A DNA stretch of 64,000 bases from Branchiostoma belcheri (taxonomy: Eukaryota). Location of the stretch: contig NW_017803490.1 in assembly GCF_001625305.1 (NCBI RefSeq), positions 8,155,655 to 8,219,654 of the forward strand, in the 5' to 3' direction. Each line of letters starts with the position of its first letter. Position 1 is the stretch's first letter. Positions 28,990 to 43,129 of the stretch are shown piece after piece. Both the position numbers and the translations under genes were made by a program. Below the pieces are notes generated by a model. The model saw only the letters and a list, made by a program, of their open reading frames with translations. It had not been told where the DNA came from and did no database searches.

Positions 28990-30250
28990 AGTTCCAGGAA
29001 ACGACAGTTCCAGGAAACTGTTTTTACAGGATTTCAGAGGCGTCTAGCTGCAGGAGTTGGCAATTATTTTATGGGCCGGCGGAGGTACTGTTTCTGACAG
29101 GAATACCTAATCTTGGTAATAATATCTTATGGTATAGATTTTATTTGGTGCAATTCTTCTGAAGTTTCTCAGGCCTTCGAAACTGTTTTTAAAAGATTTC
29201 AGAGGCTTCTAGCTGCAGGAATTGGATCTTATGGACCGAGGAGATAGTGTTACTGTCCCTCACAGGAATACATATTCTCCGTAATGATGATTCACTTTTG
29301 CTTTATTGGGTTCAATTTTACCAAGGACATGTGATGAAAGCTTCTTGATTTTACTGAACTCTTCCGCAAGCCTTGGAAAACTGTTTTTATAAGATTTCAG
29401 AGGCTTTTAGCTGCAGGAGTTGGCAATTATCTTAAGGGCCGGGGGAGGTATACTGTCCTCGACACTTACAGGAATACCTAATATCTGGTAATTTTATTTT
29501 ATAGATTTTATTTGGTGCAATTCTGCTGAAGTTTCGCAGGCCTTAAGCTTGGGAAACTGTTTTTAGAAGATTTTAGAGGCAGGAGTTAGCAATTATCTTA
29601 TGGTCCACGGGAGGTAGTGTTACTGTCCCTGGCCGGAATACCTAATATGCGGTAATGATATTTATGATATAGATTGTATTTGGTGCTATTCTACTGAAGT
29701 TTCTTAGGCCTTGGGAAACTGTTTTTAGTAGATTTCAAAGGCTCCTAGCTGCAGGAGTTGGCAATTATCTTAAGGGCCGGGGGAGATAGGGTTGCCGTCC
29801 CTCACAGGAATACATATTCTCGATAATGATGTTTCACTTTTGCTTGATTGGGTTCAATTTTACCAAGGACATGTGATCATAAGCTTCTTGATTTTACTGA
29901 ACTCTTCCTCATGCCTTGGGAAACTGTTTTAGAAGATTTCTGAGGGTTCTAGCTGCAGGACTTGGTAATTTATCTTATGGTACAGGGGAGATACTGTCCC
30001 CGCCAGGAATATTAGTATCTAAACTCGGTACTGATACTTTCAAATGGTGCAATTTTACTGAACTCTTCCTCATGCCTTGGGAAACTATTTTAGTAGATTT
30101 CAGAGGCTCCAAGCTGCAGGAGTTAGCAATTATCTTGTGGGCCGAGGGACCGTAGGAACATTTCCTACTTGGTAATGATATTTTATGGTACAGATTTTAT
30201 TAGGTGCAATTTTGCTGCATTCTTTCTCAGGCCCCGGGCACTGTAGGTAG
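28990..30250. repeat. Satellite-like tandem array, about 180-bp unit x about 7 ('gaaactgtttttacaggatttcagaggc.tctagctgcaggagttggcaattatc…')
   Basis: Period of about 170-190 bp seen directly at 29017, 29185, 29385, 29560, 29725, 29910 and 30080. Confidence 0.8.
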
Positions 30251-31375
30251 TATAAAATAGCGCGATGGCTAATCGGTGCAATTATGAGGATGGCGGAGGC
30301 TTGGAGCGTGTAGCGTATGATACGGGGGTATTTTATTTGCAGGCGTATCTATATAATAAGGACGACAGGCAAGTGAAGGAATATGGCTGCCTATTAGCGC
30401 ACTCAACTGCACAGTTAAACCACTCGGAGGGAGGAGGACTATGGACGACGAGCTGTAATGTTCTACTTAAAAATTCAAGAGTTCTAATGTTCGAATCGAA
30501 AATTCGAGGAGTTCTAATGTTCGACTTCACAATTCGTGGAGATCTAATGTTCGAATTGACAATTCCAAGAGTTCGAATATTCGAATGGACAATTCCAAGA
30601 CTTCGAATGTTCGAAGAGTTCGAATTGCCCAATTGCTCATTCCTATCATGTACAATGTATACCTAAAGCTACTATGGCAGTTTGATTCATCGCCACATCT
30701 CATATATAAAGAGATATATGTATACCTAAAGATGGAAATGCATTGTTGTGGTCAACAGTATAGTGGTTTACCGGGCACAATACTTGTGTGCCATGAAAAA
30801 TTGCCCTGATAACTGTGAAGACTTTTGGCATTGCTCGAGCGACGATTCCGCTGAGATAGAGGCTCAGTAACAATTCAACATGCCTGCATCAGTACAATGT
30901 ACGCCGCTTTCAGATGTCTACAACTGATCTTTCTTAGTAAGGATCCATCATAAATGCTTTAGCAGAAGATTATGTAATCCATCAACTTCTGTGTCCTCTG
31001 AAGCCTGTATAACCACTGTCCATTCAGACCATGGACAGATCAACAGTGCTTATCTTCTCAACCACAACACGGGGCTACCAATGATGCCTCACTTGCCACG
31101 GAATAATCTTTAGAAAAGTAGAAAAAAATGTATACGTACTGTGTACTTTTGCTTTTAGTATTTCGCTGCTCAGAAATCCACATTTGGTACTAGTATTTGT
31201 GTAAGTACTGTTCATAAATCATAATGGAGAGAGATGCCCTAGTTACGTTTCTTGTGCATAATTCATCTAACTGTGCCTTTGACGTTTTATGTCTGAAAAA
31301 AAGTTAGCACTGTCCAGTTTTGCAATAGCGAAAGTAGGTCAATGTATAATTTTCGCAAGAGGATGGTGCAGTGCA

Positions 31376-31600
31376 TTCATTCATTGATTCATTGATTCAT
31401 TCATTCGTTCGTTCATTCATTCATTCGTTCGTTCGTTCGTTCATTCATTCGTTCGTTCATTCATTCATTCATTCATTCATTCATTCATTCATTCATTCAT
31501 TCATTCATTCATTCATTCATTCATTCATTCATTCATTCATTCATTCATTCATTCATTCATTCATTCATTCATTCATTCATTCATTCATTCATTCATTCAT
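31376..31600. repeat. (CATT)n microsatellite. There is also a short (CATT)n at 35521-35556.
   Basis: Seen directly. Confidence 0.95.
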
Positions 31601-33740
31601 TAATAAAATGGGTGCAAGCAATGACCATTTACCATAACCGCTTCATCTGGTGTTGCCGTATCCACTCACTATTCACCAAGCTCAATCATCATAACATCTT
31701 CCATATCTTTACAACCTAATACAAATACACTTCCAGATGATAATGCCTCAGTTGCCACTGAATGGTTCAAAAGTAGAGATACATTCCGAAGCACCCTTGC
31801 CTTTTATATTTTACCCTTGAAGAAGAAATCCACAGGACTGCTCTCCGCACTGAAAAGCTCTTAATCTAGTCAACATTAATACTAACTTGCTCACACCGCT
31901 CAAAAGGATCTGCTAGAATGACTTTAACCTTTTGATAAAAGCTCCGTATTTGATTCTTCTCTCTTAACAAGCTAGTTATCTTTCAGAAGACGCCTTGGCG
32001 GCTTTCTTGAGATAACGTTTAAGAAGGTAATCAGAAGAAATCATGCCACACCAGGGACAGGAGATCTGCGGCAGGCACTTTATTAGTTCCGGGACTTGGC
32101 GCGCTGATGTGATGGGATCTGATAGACGTGAGAGTATTCCATGTTGGAGCTTGCTCCTGATCTATGTCTGAATGGGTGTTAGGCCACACCGCCTTTATTT
32201 TATGGATGACATCCGCGCGCGCATTGATTTTCGCCTGTTCTCAAAAAAAAAAGAGAGAAGGAACAAGGAGAAACTGTACAATTGTTACTCCGTGAAGGAG
32301 GTCAGGACCTCCGGACGGAGTGTTGTAATCGGCTGATTTTTCATGTTCGCAGTCAAAACACTGGGTTCTCTTTGTGTAATCGGCACGCAATTTTATACGC
32401 CGTCTGCGGGCATGCCCGTGTTGATGCACGAATGTGTATTTTTGCCGTTGCTGCTTTCGCGGTCAATGTAATATCGCAGACGCACCCCTACAATTACGAG
32501 GCGAATTGGAATGGTCCAGAAAAACGCGTTGTTTGGAATAGCAGTGGGGTTCAAAAAAGTTCATGCAGATACGGGGTGGTTTTTATAAGTGGTTCCAGAT
32601 GTTTTTGCCCATGGTTAAGAGATGCCAAGTTTTTTGGAAGATGTTCGCAGCCAAAACGCATTCTTCCGTACGTCGCATTTCTGTGTAATTTCGCATGTGG
32701 TGTTGCATTATGTCCGGGATGATGCACGTCTTTTTATTTTACCGTAGCTGTTTTGATATTGGAGTAAATGCTTATTTTCGAAACATCCCCATTTCTTTGA
32801 AATGGTTTCGTCCGTTTATGCAACTGTTATACTGCGCTAATGACGACCAGTCGCGCTGTCCTGATACACCGCGAATGTGCGAGTGTTCCCTGTAGACAGT
32901 CCCGGGAGTCATTTTTTTGCACATTCCAGGAGCCAAACCAAAATACGTTCATGAACCGAGTCCAAAAAACCGAAACGTGAAAATCGGATGATCGGACTTG
33001 ATGTACATTTCTCTTTCTATAGATTGTACACACAATACACACATCTTTTAGATAATCTGGCCATGGCAGGTTAAAAAAAAGTAACCCTGAATCATACTAG
33101 ATTAGCGTAAATGCATGTTAATGCGTTCAAAACAAGAAAAAAATTGTTTCCGGGTATTAATCTCTTGAATCACGGCGCTGAATATTGACGCAAAAATATT
33201 TCGGGCATCGCGCGCCCTTCCCGCGTCACGTGTAGGCATCTCGCATCTCTGATTGGTTGTTGCGTCGATTTATCACACTTCACAGAGAATTGTCGCCAAT
33301 GGCTACTTCTTTTTGTTGCAATATATAATACTTCACGGAGAATTGTCACCTATGGCTTCTTGTTTTTCATTCATCAAAGTTTCCTAAATTTTCGATTAGT
33401 CTTCAATAAGGGAATTCTCAAGACCTGGATATATTTTAAAAACTGTCAGACGTTTCAAGTAGCATCCCCCCACTACCGTTCGCCAGTGCCTGTGTATCTC
33501 ATTACCTGGATATCTACCATTCAGGCGACGTAAAGATTGGATAAATCGTTCCAGGATTCATACACGTTGGCGAAATATTTGTTTCTTTCGCATTGAGTTA
33601 TGTATGTATTACTGGACATAAATAATGATTACAACAAGAGCACACAATACAAAAATATCAAATATGTATTCTCCGATGTACAGGAACATAATTAAACAAT
33701 TAAGTTGATGGCTTGATGCTATGTATTTGTGTAAGCACTA

Positions 33741-33851
<111 letters not shown>

Positions 33852-35929
33852 GTTCATTAATCACACGATGGAAAGCGAATTTCTGTACCGAAAACTGTAC
33901 ATCTGTCATAGATCACCTTAACCGGCACTTGAAGTCTTATGGTAAAACCTATAGCTGACGGTCAAGACGATTTGGTCTGAAAGTGGCCGGAAGGTCCACC
34001 TGTGTGTCGACGATTGTCAAAGTCCAGTCGTTTGAACGTTAGTAAAATGTCAAAACGTGCAGGTCAAGTACATCCCAGGAGCGAAAATTCGGTCATTTGA
34101 CTCCAGACGTGATTTTGGAAATACTCTGCAAAAGCAGCCATCCGTCAAAACGACACCTTCAATGGCTGTTTGCAGCGCTCCGAACGCTTTTAAAGTTGTC
34201 TCAAGTAGGTCTGTATCTTTGGAAGGGTGCATTTTCCTTAGGGGGGCACTTGTAAGTAACCCCGTTATACACCCATGTCTTCACAATTTCTTTTACTGCA
34301 TCTGTGGAGATATTTGTCATATCAAGTTCTTTTCACCCGATGTTTTTATATTATGTAGAGACTCCGATCACCTATAGAGAATCACCTATAGAAATCCTGA
34401 TAGGAGTCTTTATTCATAGAAACTCCTATCAGGATGTTGTCAAAAGTGTTTGGGTGGTTTTCAAATTACAAATCCTTAATTTCAAGTCAATCTATTGATC
34501 TTATGTGAAGTGACATGAATCAAAGTTTAAAAGTTCTGACTGTCTTCTAAGCGAGAATCGAAAAAAAAAACATATTCCAATCGCGATTCTAGTACTGGTA
34601 GAATCGCCGGCACTACCAGCAAACTAAGTTTTGCCCATTCTTTTTTATTTCTTCATAAATCGCTACGTGGGGAAGCAATTAAGCTTACAGGAATTCCTTT
34701 TCGCTCTACTTTACGTACCAAAACCTGACTCATGGGCCTTCTTTGTGTGGAAATATCCCCGTTGCATAATATGCTAAACCTCTTCCACATTCTTATCTTT
34801 ACTGACCAGCTTGCAGTAGAGCGAACGCGTGGCTTTTTAGCCTGCGAAGAAAATTTCCCACTTTTCTCAAATGTTCTTTCCTATAGCACGTTCATGGTGT
34901 CATGTGGCAAGTTTATAGACAGCAAAATAGATACATATGTGTCAAATACTAGAAGAGTACTTCAGAAATTACATAACACCTGACCACATCACGCTTCTAG
35001 CAGCCCCTCCCCAGGCCAGCCCATAGTGGTATAGTCCGATCCGGATCGAACGCACCGAACCCCATGTCCTATTTCGAACAGGGGGGTGTTCGAAATGGAA
35101 CGCCATAGAACAGGGGGCGGGGCTTATTGTGTTCGATCCGGAGGGTTTATTTTGCCTGTAGAGATCAGGATTTTTACATACGGAAGTATTGCTTTGAGTC
35201 TCTGAGCTGTGGGTTTGTGTGTCTGTGTATCTGGATGGAGTAATTGTACGTAGGCTAAGGAAAGATTGACAGGCAGAATTGCGGAACGTCGACGTTAAAA
35301 GGTCGGACACAGGAAACGGGGTGCACTTCAAAGTCTCGAAAACTCAAAATATACTTGTAACGTTACTTTCAGGAATTTTGAAATATCCGATTTCTTAACT
35401 CTTTATTTTTGGATTCGTGATCTGAACTCCAAACCTTCGGAAATCCTTCAGCAAGCTGAATTGATTACTCCCACACTGACCTAATTAACGTTATAAATGA
35501 TTACATCCGTAACGTTATATACATTCATTCATTCATTCATTCATTCATTCATTCATCTTCCCATTGTAATTACACATAACGAGCGTTACATGAGCCTTAG
35601 TCACGCTTTCAATAAGTCATCCCCTGTTTTTAATTAACCACCTACTACTGTCGGAATGTATGCACGATCAGGGGCAACGTGTACATCGCAAATGTTGCCA
35701 GGTCGTCATTCTGGCGAGTAATTTGCATCAAAGTTTCCTACTTCAGTGCATGGAATACAAAGTACCTGATATTGTCTTCCCGTTTCCTATTATCATGCAT
35801 GATACGTTAAAACGGGAAGACAGTAACGTTACCAGGTCTATCCACCTTCTTAAATTTGGAACTTGAAACGGTAACATGTTGTGGGGTCATACTAGTGTGT
35901 CTAAGAAGGTATATTGTATCCAGTACCGT

Positions 35930-36560
35930 GCCCCTCAGTTAGGGTTAGAATAAGGATCAGGCACGGTTCTGGATATTCTCTGCGTGTCCAAAAACGTAGA
36001 TTCGCCCCAGGCGCGGTTGTGGATAGTCTCTATCCGTTGGCACCGCGAGGGCCACAGGTAATGCGGGCGTGGTCGTGTTGTATACAGAACCGATGTTTCA
36101 GCACCAGGGACAGGGGAACTTTTCCATACTTTCCGTTAAACTCAGAACTGTGCCTATGTAGTTCTATGCCTGAATGGGATAGGATAGGGATTAAGATACG
36201 GTTCTGGATAGGGCCACAGGTAAGCTATAAGGTAAGACTGTGGTCATGGTTTATCAACAACCGATATTTCAGCACTAGGGACAGGGGCAGTTTTCCATTC
36301 TTTCCGCTTGATACTATCTATTGTATTCAGAACCGTGCCTCTCTAGACCCAATTCTGAATGGGTCAGGGTTAAAATCAGGCATGGTTCTGGATAATCTCC
36401 GCGTATACAAGAACGTAAGTTTGCACCAGGAACCGTTCTTGATAAGCGTGGACTATCCAGAACCATGCATGAGAATGGTTCTCGATAGAGCACGGTTCTG
36501 TATCTGTATAGCCGATATAACTGCCCTTCTGCGTAACCCACCAGTTTCCGGATACAAAAA
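35930..36560. repeat. Tandem array of about 190 bp, roughly 3 copies, of the 'ggcacggttctggata…' repeat family. Dispersed copies lie at 47270-47320, 47570-47640, 50570-50900 and 42740-42800.
   Basis: Repeated 'aggcacggttctggata…cgtag.tt.gccccagg…' blocks. Confidence 0.6.
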
Positions 36561-36599
36561 GGTAAAAACACAGAAAATTAGATATCGTCATCTTTCATT

Positions 36600-36930
36600 C
36601 GTTAATCTTTTATGTCTGTTGAAGTTTTTTTTTTTATTCATCAAAACATAAAGACATAACAAGGACAGTGTGACGCTGCACTCAAGTTAACAACTTATAT
36701 TAACAGCGCCACACACAAAAAGGTACAATTAACGTTTAAATATACAAAGTTGACATGTGCGCCGTAGTCCCACCACCCGAAGACATTAAAATATTAAATT
36801 AATGCTAACAGAGCTATTTGTAAGATAAGATTACATGGTAACCTCCTATATCTCATTGGCGGAAAAACATCCGCCAATCAGAGCTAGGAGGAGAATTTAG
36901 GCCCATTAACACTTACGTAGTATTTGGACT
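36600..36930 (-). repeat. Inverted copy of the dispersed repeat at 20170-20500
   Basis: See the feature at 20170-20500. Confidence 0.8.
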
Positions 36931-38084
36931 TCTATATCTAATTGACTGTTAGAAACAGTCAAGCAGAGCTATAGCAGCGCTTGGTATCTCCAATGTAAAC
37001 CTGAGTGAGTTGCATCGTTTTAAAGTTGTACATAGAGGGTAACATTGAGGAGCCTCTAAGAATAAAGTGCAGTTTAGCATTATCTGACATATTATTAAGG
37101 TTGACAAGATGACCAAGTAAATCTGCAAGATTGCCAAAAAGTTCCGATCTGTCATTTGAAGTTCCAGGAGGCATCTCTGTGAAATCAGCTGCATGTAAAA
37201 TCGCGACCACGCTCTATTAAGTTCGCGTCCTAAAACCCGATATGCCTAATTACAGGCGATGCCACGGAAAGATCTTACACGACCTGGGGGTGATGCGCTC
37301 CCAAACGTAACGGTTTAAAAGCTCTCCTGTCAGCACCTGTGTGCTTGTATGACGCAAATATCGTCCTATGGGACAACCCACCTCACTGAGCTTAAAATTT
37401 ACACATCAGGGCTAGAAATTCATTTTGGGGATAGGTACAAGGTACAAGGTACACTGGTCCACCCAGCCTCAAACATTGGGTGCACAAAAATTTGGGGTGC
37501 ACCATATAAGATAAGTAGAATATCAGCAAAAATTAATTATGTTTCACTTCTAAGGAAAAGTAGTACAAGATGATTTTATCATTTGTCTAACACTTAGATG
37601 TTATAAGAATATGCTGTATAAAACTATACATTTGGCATCTTTACATACGTAAACTTACGAAAATATTTGGGTGCACTAGAACAAAAATTAGGTGAACTGC
37701 TCCAAATTTGGGTACTAAGGTGCACTTGCAACCAGTATTTCGAGCCCTGACTATAGTATCTCACTACTTCTCAAACATAGGCGAATTGTGCACGCGCTGT
37801 AGTGCAGAAATCACTTATTTACTGTGAAATGGGGGATCCGTTAAAACTGGAGATACTCAGAGATAACCGGGTATATCAGTCGTGTGTTGTTACTCGCTAG
37901 AAGAAAGCTCGAGTTGTCGTAGAAAAGAGGTTATCGCTAAATCCTTCCTTGACGTAATCGCGAGGACAGACGTCATCCGTTTTCGTCAGACGTATTTCGT
38001 GGATGTATGAACGTGCGTCACGGAAGTCATGGCGCTTTTTTTTCTGCCATGTCGACTCCTTAAGGCAGAGGGACGTGTGACGTA

Positions 38085-38215
38085 GCGGCACAGTGCTCAA
38101 TTCGGAACCAGGAGTTCGAGTCCTGACATGCCACCGATTTTATGTCAATGGGGCTAAAACTTTACACGACTCTCCTCACTTAGCTCAGGTGAAAATGAGT
38201 ATTGTATTGTATTGT
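38085..38215 (-). mobile_element. SINE copy (tRNA-like head plus a conserved tail)
   Basis: The reverse complement gives 'ctcattttcacctgagctaagtgaggagagtcgtgtaaag…ggtggcatgtcaggactcgaactcctggttccgaattgagcactgtgccgc'. This matches the tail and tRNA-like head of the SINEs at 15585 and 41390. Confidence 0.5.
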
Positions 38216-39639
38216 CCCCTGTGTTGGTGGCATTAGTATAAGTTGAAAAAACTTGAGTGTGCCGTCACCACGTCTTGTGATTATATGTTGGAATATACAA
38301 AAAGGGCAGAGGAGGACTCATCTATGTTGGACCAAAAGGTTTGACTTTCAACAAATAACCATTTTCTTTTAAGAGAGCTGAAATTTGCATGACCGTGACC
38401 TGCAAAATAATCCTAGAATATCCTCAATCTAGTAAGCTGTCACATGTACCTGTGTCTTAGGCGTAGAATACTAAGTAGAAGGGTTCTTTACTTCTTAGGA
38501 GGATCAAGTTGCAGGATAAGAACGCGTTCCTAATTAAACCACAGATAACACGCAGCTGCCTCTCTCTGATAGGAGCTAGGTTTCTCAGAAGGCCCGTTTC
38601 AGAAACAGTACAGCTACCAAATTTGGAATTTTATGACCCCTGATTTTACAATTGGAAAATGATGCAAGAAAACAAAACACTAACAAAACGTACTATATAT
38701 TTTAATATATAGTATATAATATATATATAATATATAGTATATAATATATTTCCGAAGCATAAGCAAGGTGATAATCTTTACTTGTTATGTAAAAAAAATC
38801 CTTATATTGCACGAAATATATTTCTTTATAACGTTCAGCTATATATGAAATTCTTATAGCGATTTTCTTGTAAAAAGCAAAATGTTAGGCAAGAAAATCA
38901 TCAAGCAACAGTTGAACCTAAAACAGCCGATTTGATGCGTCCTTATGGTTTTTGCAAGAAAGCCTCGGGTGCCCTTATTAGGAAATGCCCTAGACGTTGC
39001 CTTGAAAGAAGGAAGACGAATAAGAACACGTGTTCTGTTCTAATTACGTCATATGGAACAGGATTCGGATTCGAAAGAACGTTCATTTAGGGCGCAAATT
39101 TGACCACTGTCGAAAGTAAGACTATGTAATCCAGAACCCCCAGCTTCTTATACAACCTAAGGATTTTCTTATTTAGGAAAAGGGATGAGATGTCTTAGAC
39201 GTTGTGAGGAAAGCCAAGTTTCACTTCCTCCCGTCTTCTAGAGAGAGGATCAAGCAATTGAAGCATTGATGGAAAAGGCTTCTAGCGAGGATCATGATCT
39301 TCTATGTGGAAATGGAGAAGACTGTCTCGGAATACGTAATTGAGAGACGGTTATGTCAAGGTTGGAATAAGGTCAGAGTTTGACCAGATGCCAAACAGAA
39401 ACTTGAAGAACAAATTACCTGGAAATAGCCTACAAAACATCACACAATCCACTTCACAGTTCCAATATACATTCACAAAAACACGTAACAACTTAATACT
39501 TTTCGAAATCTGATATGTCTGATTTCATGTTTGTTGCAGGTTAATTGCTCTAAGCATTTTTCATCTTCGTCCTTCTTTTAAAAAGCTCACACTGGGATTA
39601 ACAGTAAATGTTAGGGAGAAACCTTTTAGAGTAATGCTA

Positions 39640-40900
39640 GATTCTCCTATTTAGTATATTACACTGGCCTAAAAGAGTTCCATGTACTCCATTTTAAATC
39701 GAGTTGTGGCAGTATTTCCTTTGAGATTCCAGCTCCCACTCTTTCAGAATCAGACAAACCACGATTGAAGCGAGATGTGAGGGAAAATGTTGACACAAAG
39801 TAGTGTCGGAGTCATGTATGTGGCATGTATTTCTCCTATTTAGTATTACACTGGCCTAAAAGAGTTCCATGTACTAGACTTGTGGCAGCATTTCCACTGA
39901 GATTTCAACCCACACTCTTTCAGAATCAGACAAACCACGATTGAAGCGAGATGTGAAGGAAATAGTTGACACAAAGTAGTGTCGGAGTCATGTATTTGGC
40001 ATGTATTTCTCCTATTTAGTATTACACTGGCCTAAAAGACTTCTACGTCCTCGATTTTAAATGGATTTGTGGCAGCATTTCCTCTGAGATTCCAGCCCAC
40101 ACTCTCCCAGAATCAGACAAACCACGACTGAAACGAGATGTGAGGGAAACTGTTGACACAAAGTAGTGTCGGAGGCATGTATTTGGCATGTATTTCTCCT
40201 ATTTAGTATTGCACCGGCCTAAAAGGGTTCCATGTACTAGATTTTAAAAGGAGTTGTGGCAGCATTTCCTTTGAGATTTTAGCTCCCACTCTTTCAAAAT
40301 CAAACAACGATTGAAACGAGATGTGAGGGAAAATGTTGACACAAAGTAGTGTCGGAGGCATGTATTTGGAATGTATTTCTCCTATTTAGTATTACACTGG
40401 CCTAAAAGAGTTCCATGTACTAGATTTTAAATGGAGTTGTGGCAGCATTTCCACTGAGATTCACAGCTCGCACACTTTCAGAATCAGACAAACCACGACT
40501 GAAACGAGATGTGAGGGAAAATGTTGACACAAAGTAGTGTCGGAGTCATTTATTTGGCATGTATTTCTCCTATTTATTATTACACTGGCCTAAAAGGGTT
40601 TCATGTACTAGAGTTGTGGCAGCATTTCCTCTGAGATTTCAGTTCCCACACTTTCAGAATCAGACTAACCACGATTGAAACGAGATGTGAGGAAAACTGT
40701 TGACACAAAGTAGTGTCGGAGGCATGTATTTGGCATGTATTTGGCATGTTTTTCTCCTATTTAGTATTACACTGGCCTAAAAGGGTTCCATGTACTAGAG
40801 TTGTGGCAGCATTTCCTTTGAGATTCCAGCTCCCCCACACTCTTTCAGAATCAGGCAGCCCACGATTGAAACGAGATGTGAGGAAAATTTTGACACTCGG
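39640..40900. repeat. Satellite-like tandem array, about 180-bp unit x about 7 ('tttctcctatttagtattacactggcctaaaagagttccatgtactag…cacgattgaa.cgagatgtgagggaaa.tgttgacacaaagtagtgtcggag.catgtatttggcatgta')
   Basis: Period seen directly. Confidence 0.85.
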
Positions 40901-41384
40901 CACTCCGGATTGTCTGGAACAGAAGCGGTTGTCATTTGTTTCCAACTATCTTGGATTTTGATCTGACAAGAAGGTGGCGAAATTCCCTCGGTGTTAAAAG
41001 ATAAGCTACAAGCAATCAGTAAAATGTCCGCTGGCGGCTTGTGATGTGTGGAAAACTACAAACAAGTAACAGACATGTGCCTTGAATCAACATACTTAGA
41101 AGTCGCAGGAAATTATTTGTCTACAGCTTGATTTCATTTATGAGGGGTTTGTGCGTAAAAGTGCATCTCTCAGTTAGGAATCTGCTCAGTGCTACTGCAA
41201 TCTTAGAGAGAGGGGGAGACATTCATACAATAATAATAATAATTGGTTTTTATTGTCCAAACAGTACCCGTGCAGTCGTAGCCTTTATACGGCTGAATTG
41301 ATGCAGGGTATCACATCATAATCAATACAAATCACAACTGCCATTCGGCGCCAAAAGGTGACCTTAATACGACTTTCCCCAACC

Positions 41385-41480
41385 GAAGTTAGGTACCCAT
41401 TCACACCTGGGTGGAGTGAGGAAAGTCGTGTAAAGTGCCTTTCCCAAGGGCACAACGTCGGGGCGCATGTCCGGACATGC
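41385..41480 (-). mobile_element. SINE fragment (tail region 'tacccattcacacctgggtggagtgaggaaagtcgtgtaaagtgcctttcccaagggcacaac')
   Basis: Near-identical to the tail of the SINE at 15585-15650. Confidence 0.5.
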
Positions 41481-42049
41481 TGTAGTCACCAGTTCCCCAA
41501 ATGACGTCCTATGTAAGACGTGATCGTTCCAGCTTGTTCACAGCCATTAGACGTCTGTGGCTTGAGACCACGTTTCCTGCTTCCCAGCTAACTCCAACTG
41601 ACACTGGCCCTATATGGACGCTGTGAAATGGGTTCGCTGTACGTCTGAGTTTTAAAGTTATCTTGCGTAGACTTTCTAGTTGCAGTCTTTGGAGACTTGT
41701 ACTGGCATCACATAATTATCAAGACAATACGTGACATTTTAGCCCAGTTTGTGGAGCAGTCTCTAGATACTATAGAGAGAAAGCTATTGGGTCGTTGCTG
41801 TAGAAGTTCTACTTGAAAGTAAGTATATGCGTGGTCCAGATTACCAAATACACCCAGGCAACTTGTACACTTACGATCTTGATTGCTTTCCATATATTCT
41901 AAAACCCTTCATTGCATAGAATATACACCTATCATCGGTACGATCACAGCAACAGGTAATTATTTTCTTCGCAGCAAATTGGAGATCAGACCTCATTTGA
42001 CAGGTTGGCAAGATTCGAACCCCGGACCTCTGATCCAGAGGCCAGATTG

Positions 42050-42245
42050 CTCCTGAGCTGTAATCTCCAAGCAGATCCCTCTCGGTGGCAAAAAGACAGT
42101 ATCAAATTGGCCAGGCAGTATCCATTAGCCAGAGAAGGTCGCCGGCCACCGACGGGTGGGGGTCAGAACAAAAAAAAACGGCCATATATAAAAATGTAAC
42201 GATCATTCCCCCACAACCTCTGCTTGGAGAGTACCTGAGCTGGCC
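42050..42245. mobile_element. MITE-like element with terminal inverted repeats 'ctccaagcagat … tctgcttggagag' and a tRNA-like internal region
   Basis: The same TIR ('ctccaagcagatg … ctctgcttggagagt') bounds a perfect hairpin at 61060-61250. Confidence 0.45.
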
Positions 42246-43129
42246 ACACGCTATCGGCATATCTGTGATTAATGTGTTCCCTTGTACAGAACTGGGGTAA
42301 ACTGTCAGGCTTATATTAGCACATTCGATCTGTAGAGAGAGTGGTGTACAGAATTAGAGGGATGGAAGTTAATTTCGAATTTCCGATAAGAGGTGACCAG
42401 GTCAAAATTCTGCATATCAGATCTGATAGCTTTGGTTATTTATCCCATTTATTTGCTACCAAAAAGAAATTGTCCTGGAAAATCGTGCTAACTGCATTGA
42501 AATGGACTAAAGGTTGCAAAATAGGTACTTTTTCCTAAAAAAAAACTAATGGTACAAAATAACGTTCAACACCATTTTTCGGCTTAACAGGTTTTTTTAC
42601 GTATACCTCAAATAATTAAAAGTACTAAATAAATGTACTAATTAATCAAGTCTGATCTGATCCCTCCGCCCCCCTCTCCCTGTTTCTGTTTTCTCTCACT
42701 TTCGATACCAGTTGACCAGGTCAACAAATTCTGCATATCAACACTGGATAGAGTCCGCGTATCCAAGAACGTAGATCCATAGCCAATCCAGGCATGGAAT
42801 AAGATACGCCCCCCCAAAAAAACAGTTACTCAAGCAACTTGATATGATTTTGGAAACGGTCTGACCTTTCAGGTAGTATCCATGGCCACTAACTTTCGTC
42901 GATGACACTAAGAGACTGCAGGACAATTGCAGGTTTATAAGAATAAGATAGTTGCGGTTCTGAGTACAACAGCAGTCAACTTTGCTGATCGCCTGCTAAA
43001 ATGTAAGGTCTGTACCTCAGAGTGCATTTACTGCGCTTTCCTACATTACGACCGGCTTTTGGTGGTCAAGAGTGCACCATTACACCTGTACTGGAACTAA
43101 TCTTTAGAGTGAGTCTGTCTGAACCCATT

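Noticed and set aside
30265-30666. 133-aa ORF at 30265-30666
   Set aside because: It is made of a 21-bp tandem repeat ('aattcgaggagttctaatgttcgaa…') and its peptide is low-complexity. It is not coding.
35914-36651. 245-aa plus ORF
   Set aside because: It lies entirely within the tandem repeat array and its peptide is repetitive.
39640-40900. Regular arrays of about 180 bp that might be mistaken for CRISPR-like repeat-spacer structures
   Set aside because: The context is eukaryotic. The units are 150-300 bp satellite monomers with no short conserved repeats separated by unique spacers.
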